Source: Octopus bimaculoides
Lineage: Eukaryota
Direction: 5' to 3'
Length of the DNA: 35,766 bases
Assembly: GCF_001194135.2 (NCBI RefSeq)
Contig: NC_068988.1
Location: 62,065,349 to 62,101,114, forward strand
A model generated the notes under the pieces. It searched no databases. It was not told where the DNA came from and saw only the letters and a list, made by a program, of their open reading frames with translations. Every line of letters begins with the position of its first letter. Positions within the stretch are counted from its first letter, which is position 1. Positions 24,839-35,766 of this stretch are shown here, piece after piece. Made by a program: the position numbers and the translations under genes.

Positions 24839-25430
24839 CATATATGTATGNNNNNNNNNNTATGCATATATGTATGTTTGTATGTATATATATATATACA
24901 TAATTAATTTCTTTCGAAAGCCCACAAATACACTCACACACATATGTGCAAGATGGTGTATAAGTGCAGGAATTCTGATAGATGACTTGACAATAAAGTG
25001 TAAGTGTAATCTTATACAACAGTTTCTTTTACTTCAGCAAAATGCATATTATATTTTGTCATTTAATTTGTCATCTAACTTCCACTTCTTGTTCTTTTAG
25101 CAATTTTTCCCGTTTTCTTCATCGTTTTATCAAATCTCGTATTACCGTATGATTAAAGTAATGCTTCACCGTTATATTATTCCATGATTTAACTCATTTA
25201 CAACTAATAAAGTATTTACAATGTTGTTAGGATTTTAGAAATTTTTTTTTGTAACTTTATACAACCGGTGCTATTCATCTTGATCATCATCATTATAATA
25301 ATCATAATAATCAACGTGACAACTATCGCAATTTTCCTGCTTACTCCTCCTCTTCCTTTTCAATCACCCTTTCTTCATATCCTTTACATCGCCATCTGCC
25401 CCATCTTAATCTTACCTCTGTGATTTAGAA

Positions 25431-25490
25431 TTGAAAGAATCACAGACGAATCATGGATATTTTGTTTCGATCCATGATTGTTCTGTTCAA
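25431..25490. other. 60-nt hairpin-capable segment (pre-miRNA-like shape, unvalidated)
   Basis: Perfect 10-bp stem AATCATGGAT (25449-58) / ATCCATGATT (25470-79) with an 11-nt loop, extended by CAGA/TCTG and TTGAA/TTCAA. Confidence 0.2.
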
Positions 25491-26242
25491 ATAGAATTAA
25501 TTTCAACTGTGCTTATGTAAGTACAACCATTTTCGCATATTTTCCATTGTATCCCTTTCTACTTAAACTTTAGTGAGTGACTGAAGCGGAATACCACTGC
25601 TATTATATGCATGTTAATTGAAAATGCAGATATTCTCTAGTTAATTTGATATATGTCGAATTTTGAACTCTAGATACAGTTGTCTGAGGAGAATTAGGAT
25701 AAACTTTATTGCCCTTTCGTTGTAGATCTATGATAGATGTTGTGCAATCCCATACTAGACTTGCATCAACATATGTTTTCTTTTTCAAATATATTGTGAG
25801 GCCCGTATCAACAGATATATGCTCAATTTGAACCTTAGTTCCTGCTGATTATCATAGCAAGACAACCATGATGAACTTGTTACGTTACGCCATTTTATAC
25901 ATGCACCAGTAAATCTATGACCCACGAGACTCCTGTTATAGAAGACCAAAGACATTTCACACAATGAACATCCGTCGCTCGGTATAACATCGATTATATG
26001 GTGGTAGAATATGTAGTATAAGCCATAATGTTTGCAACATTTATCAGATTGAGAATGTTTATAGAGACTTACAAATTTAAATGTTAGCTGATTTTGTGGC
26101 TTTTCATATTTAGTCCCAAATCATCTTTGACTGAGCATGTATTTGATCAAAGCAACTGAAATTTGAACAACTAGGGATTTGTGAGTGTATTTGATAATAT
26201 ATTTACTAAAACGCTTGTAATAAGTTTAGTCACATCACAAGT

Positions 26243-26420
26243 GGGCGAGATGGCAGAATCGTTAACATGCCGGGAAAACCACTTAGGGGTATTGCGTCCG
26301 TCTTTAATTTTTGTCACGATCCACGTTGCTTCTCTTCCATTGTGGGGTCAATAAAATAAGTAGCAGCTGAAGGCTCTCCCCCGAAATTGCTGTCCTTGTG
26401 CCAAAATTGAAACCAATATG
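26243..26420 (+). mobile_element. SINE family 2, degenerate copy
   Basis: GGGCGAGATGGCAGAATCGTTAACATGCCGGG...GGGGTCAATAAAATAAGTAG...CTTGTGCCAAAATTGAAAC. Confidence 0.7.
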
Positions 26421-27094
26421 GTCTGTCACGTTACATTATGTAGCAGATTTTGTAGTCATTAGCTTAACTCTTTCTTACAGACCTGAAGCGATATGAATTT
26501 TATGGTATGAGTAGGGAAAATAGAGTAGAGGCTCTATAAATACATTTCAAGAACTACAAAATTAGAAGTCAAGATTTTAGAGCAGTGGGAATGAGATAGG
26601 TGGATTTCATTTGTTAATGAAATTACTATGTACAAGAGGTTAGACATTAACAGATATATCAAGGGGAAGCGTAATATTCCGACCATAGTTCCAGCCACTT
26701 TGGCTCTTTACTCAAAATTATAGTCTCTACGTGTGACCAACCTATTACTTGAAACTTTTATTTCAAATTATCGTAAGGAATGATTTGTCTAAGACACCGA
26801 AAACATCGTAGAGTTAGTCCACCCCATTAGGTCAGAACACTTCGTAATAATTTGTTAACAAGTTAGCTGTCATTTTCCATCAAATACTTATTTTTCTATC
26901 TCTGATGAAACTCTCGACGAAAAAACAAATTCTACATGCATTCAGTATTCAGTCTATAAAAAGTAATTACATTTTTTTCCATGTTTGAATTTGCTATTTG
27001 ACTTTTTCTTAACATTATTTCATTTGAGATGTTTCGTTGCAGTGTATATAATTTATACATGACTATATTTCATGTGAATAATCATGTTTCATAT

Positions 27095-27365
27095 CAATAT
27101 CATCATCACCGCCATCATTACAAGCATCATCATCATCATCATCATCATCCCCACTACCACCACCTCCACCATTATCATGATAATCATCATCATCACTTTC
27201 CTCCTCCTCATCATCATCATATCATCCTCATCCTCATCATCAACACCACCACCACCTCCACCACCAGTACCACCAGCACCACCACCAATCCTGATCGTCA
27301 TGATCATGATGATGGTGATCATCATCATCACCATAATTATCCCCTTTACCGTCGTAGTCGTCGTC
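27095..27365. repeat. Degenerate (CAT)/(CAC)/(CCT)n low-complexity tract
   Basis: Read directly. It is the source of the His-, Thr- and Pro-rich ORFs. Confidence 0.9.
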
Positions 27366-29019
27366 ATGGGCTCTCAAAGTTACAACTCTAACTGCGATAT
27401 ATAATATCACTTAGTATCGTTGATTCTCTACAACCCAGTAACAGTTCTAAGCCATTAAATTCGATTTCAACGTCTACTCTACGTACCACTCAGGTGTTTT
27501 TCAATTTAAATAATTCTACGTCAGCGGGTTATCGACCTAAATTCCTGTCAGTTAATACCAGCGATAGGTTAAAGCAACACTAAAACTGAGTGTAAAATGG
27601 CAAGATATTTGACGTCTAGGGTCACATATATTGTCATCGATTTCAGCTGAGGTGAGTCACTTAGATGATAAGAAATATAACCACAGAAGCGATAACGACA
27701 GCTGCAATAGCTGTGTTAGTAGAAGATGGATATCAATGAAATTAATATCTATTGCGTAGTATGATACAGTATCTCAACATAATGATGCTAATTGTTACAA
27801 TAGAATATAGGAGGTAGACTAAATGGTAATTGTATATAATGAAAAGGAATATAGTTAGGTATTTTGCACCGCACTTTCGCAATTTTTTTAAAGTGCTTAT
27901 GTAGCGGCGAGCAGGCATTGTCGTTCCTCCCAGTCTTTGACCCAANNNNNNNNNNCAATATTGTAACCAGAGATGTCTCTGATGAAAGTATCATTAATTT
28001 TCTTAGGTCGATCAATTTGCCTCAATTGATCATTGGACCAATTGAGTAAACTTAATAATACACCTATAATGGATGCAGGAAAGAGCTGTAAGCCCAGTTT
28101 GGTCCGATAAAGGAAAGATATGTAATGAACATAGATTTTAACTTGTTTCTTATATATAAATGTGTATGTGTGTATGTGTATAAATTTGATGCAAGAATGA
28201 TGTTGACAATTACTTCGATGTTTCAGCCAGCTAAGCCGTTGGTGTACTTCAATGCATTAGATTTAGTCTTACTCCTATATAGTCTCTGTTAAGATCAAAA
28301 CATCTTTGGGTCACTGTCAAATCATTCTTGCATAAGAATGATAAATTTGCGCTCAACAAGAGTATGGAGTGGCGTATCAGAATAATGTTAACGTTTAAAT
28401 TATAGCTGTGCATAAAAACAAATTTTTAATACATACACACATGCGCGCGTACACACACACACGCACGCGCGCGCGCATATATGTACACGAAGAAGACACT
28501 TAATGCAGAGCTAACTGCTAGCGATGCGAAATTTTTCACCACGCAGCTACAACTTGACATATTATGCATGATAACGTCAGCCATCACAAATTTCGTAAAA
28601 TGAATTACAGAAAATATAAAATGAATAAAAGTAATATTATATTCTTTAAACATATTCTCATTTGCAAACTTAGAGACGTATAATAATGTAAAGTAATCAT
28701 AGGAACAGCAAAATCAATGAACGTTTCAGTAAATCCAATCTAAATTGATGTCGTCTGCTAAATTTACAATTGACAAATGACGCTGTTCAAAATAGATTTA
28801 GCAAATAGATGAAAATCTCCTGTATCTAAATGAGATTATCAAGGAGTATTTTCCACTGGAGAGACATTTGTTAGTATCAACAATGGAAGTAATCGCTATG
28901 AATCCAATAGATTTATTTGCAGAATCTAATTGTCTTTTAGTGATCTAGTGTTTCATTTAATAAAGAAATATTCGTAATGGTTTCGATGACGTCTAAGAGA
29001 TACAAGGTAAAAAATGTAT

Positions 29020-29088
<69 letters not shown>

Positions 29089-29391
29089 NNNNNNNNNNNN
29101 NNNNNNNNNNNNNNNNNNNNNNNNNNNNNNNNNNNNNNNNNNNNNNNNNNNNNNNNNNNNNNNNNNNNNNNNNNNNNNNNNNNNNNNNNNNNNNNNNNNN
29201 NNNNNNNNNNNNNNNNNNNNNNNNNNNNNNNNNNNNNNNNNNNNNNNNNNNNNNNNNNNNNNNNNNNNNNNNNNNNNNNNNNNNNNNNNNNNNNNNNNNN
29301 NNNNNNNNNNNNNNNNNNNNNNNNNNNNNNNNNNNNNNNNNNNNNNNNNNNNNNNNNNNNNNNNNNNNNNNNNNNNNNNNNNNNNNNNNNN

Positions 29392-29424
<33 letters not shown>

Positions 29425-31049
29425 CAATACACACACGTATATGTTCGAATGCTAGACCGGTTGTACAACACTTTCGTCAACACTTAATATTGTCGAATGT
29501 GTTAACTTGTTTTTCGTATTTGGCAGTAAGATGCACTCAGAAGAAATGATAGACATTACTGCATTCTCGTAACTATTGTGGAACACATATACATACTTAG
29601 CGTCATACAAGCACAAATGAACGTGAAATAGGAATGCATGATATATCTCCTGAATAGATTAAATTATTGTTCTCGACAAATTCTATCAAGTAAATTTTGT
29701 CCGGTGACACACAAACACACATGCAGATATACACACAAAGACATGTATGTATGTATGTATGTATGTATGTTTACGTATGTATGCATTTATGTGATTATAT
29801 TAGATAAGAATGTGTCAAAAATGCGTATAACAGATAGAGAAAATTAGTGCTCATACAAGACGAGATAAGTAAAACTCCAATATCGAAAATCGTAGGGAGG
29901 TGAATTACAGGCAAGGCAAACACGAGTTGGTTATAGGCAATATACGGCTTGAGTTAATGAAAGTGCAATAAAATAGATGGACATGTGTTCCTTAATAGCA
30001 TGAAAGCATTTATAAAACAGTTGTATTGAATTGAATATATATATATTAGTGAGTAGAAAGACAGGACGATCAGAACAACTGGAGCTCCTTGTATTTCTTC
30101 ATGGATAGGTAGTCATCCGAAAGTTCAAAATTTATTATGTCTTGCAAAAGAGATAAAGATCTCATTTAGCCTTAATAATAAATCTGCAAAGACAGGTACA
30201 TACATATCCGGAGAGTTCATATTCGAAACTCACAAATAAGAGAATAGATATGGGTAAAAATGTTACAGCTGATTCTGAGTTTGGTATTAAGTAATTGCAG
30301 TGTTCTCAATAGTGTGTACAAATGCATGAAGTAAAATGATTTTAGCAAATGTATATGTATACATAGATTTTATTTATATAAATACGGAACCCGTATTCCC
30401 AGGGGAACTGCATCACACATATAGAGTAATTAGCGTGAATGTGTTAATTATTTCATTCAAGTGTCTCCGAAATAATAAGGCCACTCAAATTTAACATTTT
30501 AACATTTTCCGAAATGTTAAAATTATTAGTTTGTGAAGAAGGAAAGGTTGAATATTTTCGAATAAAAAAAACATATATATAGAACTGATTTCGACCCTAG
30601 AGATGGAACAATAGCCACAGTTTCCTGGGCATTTGTCTGCCTATTCTCTTAAACTTCTGCTGATGAAGTGTGCCTGTCTCTACTTACTATTGTAATGTTG
30701 GTTGTGTATGCGCGCGTTAAACAATCTCGCTATAAAGTACCACATATTAACATTTGACTATCTACTGTTGAGTGACGCGCAAGGAAGAAACAAAAGTCAG
30801 GACTGCTATAACTTTTTCCGTGGTGAAAATACTTGCGAAATGTAAATAGTATAACCATTGCATTTTGGGAAATATTCAAAATGATCGCTAGTTCTTCGTT
30901 TTTGGGAGCAGATACGTATTGTAAGAAACCAATACACTAGATAATTTCTTGCGTATCTTTACACTAACCATTCTCATTTCCATTGTTCAAATAAATTGTC
31001 AAGTGCTTAACTATATATCATTTCTGATATAAGGAGGTTACATCAACTG

Positions 31050-31900
31050 TGCATACCTTTGGTCATCACAAAGGGTCATTGGTTTCCACAAACCTCCCCC
31101 ACATTTGAAGAAGCTTCATGACTACATCCTTCCGGAACTTGGCATCTTTCTTGGTTCTGGCTGTTAGCTTCTAATAGTCTTCCGAAGACTTGAAGTTCTT
31201 CCCATTAAGAGGAATCAAAAGAAATTCTAATCCAAAGTTGCAAGATCACGTGTGTACAGCGTATGTGGCAGGGTATTACTGACAAGCAGTACCCTTTTGC
31301 ATCTAGTCTGTAAATAAATATAAAGTTAGGCTTTCTTTTGAGAAAAGACGACGCTCTTCTGATTGCCCAATTCTAGACGTTTTTTCATTGATTGCTGTCT
31401 TTATTAAATCTAATCGAGAAAAATTGTCTTAATCTAACATCTGATTTTACAGAAGTTACCCATAATACACTATGCCCTTCGCAAAATTATATAGTAGTTA
31501 ATTTAATTTTCCAGAATTTTTGTCGACCCACCGAGTCGTAAGCAATCTACTTTTCATCCCCAGTGATCGCAATTTGCAAAAATTGAATATCTTTGCCTTT
31601 GAGTAGAAATTTGCAGATAGAAATACAACCCACTAATTTTTTTCATTATATTACGATGTACCCAAACATCATTGCGATACATGAATTCAAGTGATTTTGA
31701 ACACATTATAACGTTCATATAAGATACGTGGAATATCTTTCGTGAGAAAACAGTGCATCAGATTATGAAAATGTATCCAATTTTCCCTCCATTTTCACTT
31801 TTAACATAAAAAAGAGATGAAATAGTTCATCCACATATTAAATCGTATCGGAAAATGTGCTCAAATGTCAACGTTCTATTACGTGAGAAACGAAATCGCA
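31050..31900 (-). mobile_element. Second decayed mariner transposase (cecropia/Hsmar1-like motifs, internally deleted)
   Basis: The minus strand gives DVWVH (WVPH), FLQIAITGDEK*IAYD at about 31535-31585 (TGDEKW), AKGIVYY, LPHTLYTRDLATLD (HPPYSPDLAPSD) and LNGKNFKSSED...MWGRFVETN (LNGKNF..LED...KWQKVVE.NG). Confidence 0.8.
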
Positions 31901-32213
31901 TGTTTTAAATGATACTGATTATGACACAATGCAAACTTTTGTTATTAATCATTTGTATTGATTTTCCATATTTTATTGCAGATACATTGCGATTCAGCAT
32001 GTTTCTAAATTACGCAATAAACATCTTTTTATAGATACATCTCCAAAAGTTTATCTTCTAATTTTCCTTGGGACTGATCAGGCATACGTCAGAGTTAATA
32101 TAACAAAATGCATGAACATTTGGCAACTGTACTCTTTAGCTTCAATTTGAAATGACATTACGTTCAGACTACAGTAATTTAAAAAATCTAATCTAATATC
32201 TATAAAACTGAAG

Positions 32214-32217
<4 letters not shown>

Positions 32218-32260
<43 letters not shown>
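32218..32260. repeat. (CT)n microsatellite
   Basis: Read directly from the sequence. Confidence 0.95.
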
Positions 32261-32265
<5 letters not shown>

Positions 32266-32279
32266 GTGTCTGTGTGTAC

Positions 32280-33790
32280 AAAAATTTAATGTACCTCAAT
32301 ATCTTCTACATCTTTCATCTGATTTCTTAAAAGTTTTGTACACAGCCGCTTCATATTCCAGACCTGCATACAGGCTACTTAGACCTTTAAAAAAAGTCGA
32401 TATTAGAGTCTTTAGAGCGATGAGAAAACAACAATACATGATTCCTATTCATTTGCTTTAATCAGCTGTTTTATAATCTGTAGGATCTTCCATACTTTTT
32501 TAAATCTTTTTATGAAAGTGAAAGGATTGTGTCTATCTATTTATTTCCACTGTCTACCTGCCACAGTGACTGAATTGACTATGAATACTGTACGCGATGA
32601 ATATCTAATACCAAACAATCTTAATCTCTATATTCAACCTGCATTAAAGTTTGGCAAGCTTACCTTTACCTATTCTGAGTTACTTGACAGGTGAGGTTCC
32701 CTTCCCGCTCTTCTATTTGTTGATACATTTGTTTACCTACCACTGCATTGTTTCAGTTTAAGGATGCTTATTTACCCATACATTATGATATTACGACTGT
32801 TGTTCATTGTATCAAATGCGTTTTAGCATTGTCGTTCTAGCCTTTAATTTTTTAAACAATCACATATGATTCGTCCCAAACAATCAAACTTTAAATAAGA
32901 GTTTTTATTCCACTAGCGAAAGCTATACGCATTTTTCAGAAAGCTCCAATTTCACTTCATGCGGCATTCACTGCTACTTTAAGCGCAGATTATGTGGGAA
33001 GACAAAATAAAGGAGCTTTTGTTAGCTTATCTCTCCGAAAAGGTAGCTCCTTTTCTTGTTGCAAAAATAAGCTCGCAGAGAGGAAGTTTCAAGGTCTTCC
33101 TTCAATTTTATTGCACCATTTACCTGGCTTTTTCTGACAAGAAATTTCGCTTCCATGTAAAACAATTATATTTTGTCGTCATTATCCGTAATGTACTCCC
33201 AAAACACTCCAGTAGCTCTATCCTACCTACTGCAAAAAATTTTTTTCTAGAAGTTTGTGGTTCCCCATTTTTATTATCTTTTTAAACGTCAGACATAAAA
33301 CACCCCACCGTCATTCAATTGTTTCTTGTAGGGGCAAAATTCTTATTTACGATCTTGTGGGGAATAATGAAATCCTTATAGTTGATATTAGGGTCATGAC
33401 TATTCTGAGTATATAGCAAGTGAGGAAATTCTTTTTGTATTTAGATTAGTCTGTCCTGTCAGTTGAAATTTTCCTGAGAATAATGCTCAAATTGTGTTAC
33501 CCTAATGAAGGAAATCCCAGACCCTTAGCATATTCGAAATTTGATCTACTGTACAGAATGTTGGAATCCAACTCGGAAGGTGCAACATATTTATCAGTCT
33601 GCTATAAATTGTTGCCAAATCGACATAAATTTTCTTTCAATCGAAAGGAAGGATTATATATTCCCGAAACGAGAGCCTAGGATAGTCATTTGTGAAACGC
33701 CTTTGATCATACGTTCGTTCAATCAGGGATGATTTGTAACTGAACCAATAACAACATCAACGATATTTTCTCGGACGTATGCCAAAGTAC
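32280..33790 (-). mobile_element. Highly decayed CR1/L2-like LINE ORF2 remnant (APE start, RT, C-terminal region)
   Basis: Minus-strand motifs in colinear order: LAYVRENI (APE, like ALYVRENI); then in one frame TRKGA...NKSSFILSSHIIC (KKGD...NYRPISLTSIIC), AYSFR (QYGFR) and NAFDTMN (KAFDTVN); then GLEYEAAVY...KDVEDIE (LEYA..VW...KD...IE). Many stops intervene. Confidence 0.5.
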
Positions 33791-34834
33791 GAATATAATA
33801 CAATCATTATCACTGATAGTATTCTTGCTGCTACTGTTGTTGTTATCTTATGTGTTATTTTCATTCGTTGTCTTTTTATCTCGGTTGTTTTTTTTAGTTT
33901 TCATATGAAATGTAAAGACGTGTCTGTTCGTTTTGCATACGACGGAATAGGAATGATGTTTCATTTAGCACTAATCAATTTAGAGCATTGTAGCTTTCAA
34001 GATGTCGCATAATATATTGGCTCCTTTCATTTTTCTAACTCTTCAATCATTCAATTTCTTCAAATTTTATCCGCTAACATGTCTAACACCATCACTCACA
34101 TACCGTCAGCATCAATACCAACAACAACTCCATCTACGCTATATTATTTATATATCACACATCAGATACATATGAACTAATTTATTACGCGAGTGTAAAG
34201 ATTTGATTTTTATATTATAAATTGGAAGCTGCCGAACAGAAAACGTCTCATGGGAGTGTTTAAATATTGGCAACCCTGTATTGTTTATTTTTATTTGAGC
34301 TTAAAAGTCAATAGGTAATAAGACCAAATCGATCAACTGAATATAATTCTCCCGTCGGAATTACTATATTATCATGCATGGTCTCCTACGAAATGCAATA
34401 CCTCTGAGGAACTTCAAATAGCTCGAGATGTTACTAATTTTGCCATCGATGTCCAATCATTTTATGAGATGAATTTTAAATGACTCCTGTATGAAAAGTG
34501 GCCATAGTTGGCGAATGTCCAGCTGTAGTCGAAGCAAGAACATTCGCAATGTGAATTAATGTTATATAGAAATAAAGATGATAATGTAAGAAATTATTCA
34601 CTCTCATAGAATCAGTTTCGTTTTGTGTCCCATTGGGATGATCCAATTCTTGGAAGCCGCTTCATTTAGTCGCTTTTGTTTTCTGAACGAAGGCGGAATG
34701 AACAACGACGGGAAACAGTGATTTCCGAATGTCCTAACACACATACACACACGCTAACACATGCATACATGCACACGAATACATATCTCTCTGTCACTCT
34801 TCCCCTCTCTCACCCGCTGTGAGTGTATTTATAT

Positions 34835-34869
<35 letters not shown>

Positions 34870-34905
34870 TACATANNNNNNNNNNNNNNNNNNNNNNNNN
34901 NNNNN

Positions 34906-34965
<60 letters not shown>

Positions 34966-35766
34966 CCATATATGCGTACATACACTTATATAGGTGTAAG
35001 ATAAATCAGAATTATTTTAAGTATGTAAGTATGTAAGATAAATCAGAATTTATGGTTTTGAATAAGAATATCTATAGACTACTTCAAATAAGCTAATCTA
35101 TTATGAAATTTATGCAAAAGTATCAAACCGCATATACATGTGAAAATACGTATGCCTACGTCCACGTACATACATGCACTTATTTTCACATACACGTGTT
35201 TGTATATGTAAATGTATATATGTTTGCGTGCGAGCATATGTGTATTTATATCAATCTATCTTTCATTATATGTAGTTGCCTATCTATGTGTCTCTCTGTC
35301 TGTTTATCAATATTGTTTCTGTTATTTCATTAATGGATTACAGACAAAGTGTGACCGACTTTTTATTATATATTACTATTTCTTTCAAATGCACTCCATA
35401 ATAACTTATCAAATTTAGTCTTATACTCAATATGTTTATCCGTGTATATACACGTTCTTGCATGGATGTCTTTTTTTTTTCGATGTATGCATGTATGTGG
35501 GTACATTTATTTATGTTTATATTACTACCATTCCCGTGCCGCCCAAAATGCCGACCGTTTTATTCAGGATAGAAAATTGCCCATCAACACAATGGGGAAA
35601 ACCATTAATGAATGTCAGGAACCTCGTAAATATATGTACATACACAACATTGAAGAACTTCAAGAATCCGATATGATTGCAACATCTGAGTAAAGAATAT
35701 CACCCACATAGTGTATGTTAGTGTGTGCGTGTGTATATATACATATATGCATATATACATGTTTTT

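Noticed and set aside
30496-30523. Perfect 12-bp AT-rich hairpin with a TCCG loop
   Set aside because: It is very short and partly produced by a local TTAACATTT duplication, so it is plausible by chance in AT-rich DNA.
34637-34702. G-U-containing hairpin (34661-34702) and ATGA...AA...GA spacing suggestive of a SECIS element
   Set aside because: The hairpin is only 42 nt, the SECIS helix II would not pair, and no selenoprotein ORF is supported.
35568-35625. IENCPSTQWGK / INECQEP as EGF-like exon fragments
   Set aside because: The cysteine pattern is incomplete, the two motifs lie in different frames, and the donor is weak.

Overview
This is AT-rich eukaryotic draft-assembly DNA, not prokaryotic. 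About 2.2 kb is N, in 12 gaps that mostly sit at microsatellites. The SINE families, the dense (TA/CA/TG)n and trinucleotide tracts, and the transposon remnants look like an Octopus (coleoid cephalopod) genome; this is inferred from repeat recognition, not from a search. I can support no intact protein-coding gene, rRNA, tRNA gene or CRISPR array, and almost all listed ORFs are translations of microsatellites or N gaps. The window is intronic or intergenic and layered with mobile elements: about 14 SINE copies from two families, two decayed mariner transposases, a maT/DD37D-like Tc1-mariner remnant interrupted by a palindromic mariner derivative, a Penelope-like RT/GIY-YIG remnant, an RTE-like RT remnant, a CR1/L2-like LINE remnant, and two R4/Dong-clade (RLE-type) retrotransposon pieces joined head-to-tail through (TAA)n. 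The best-supported points of interest are the TAA-targeted R4/Dong tandem and the two-left-end foldback mariner, whose empty target site is preserved elsewhere in the window. Weaker leads are an inverted SINE pair (possible dsRNA/ADAR substrate), a pre-miRNA-like hairpin and a few candidate plus-strand exons. I found no clearly novel multi-gene system.
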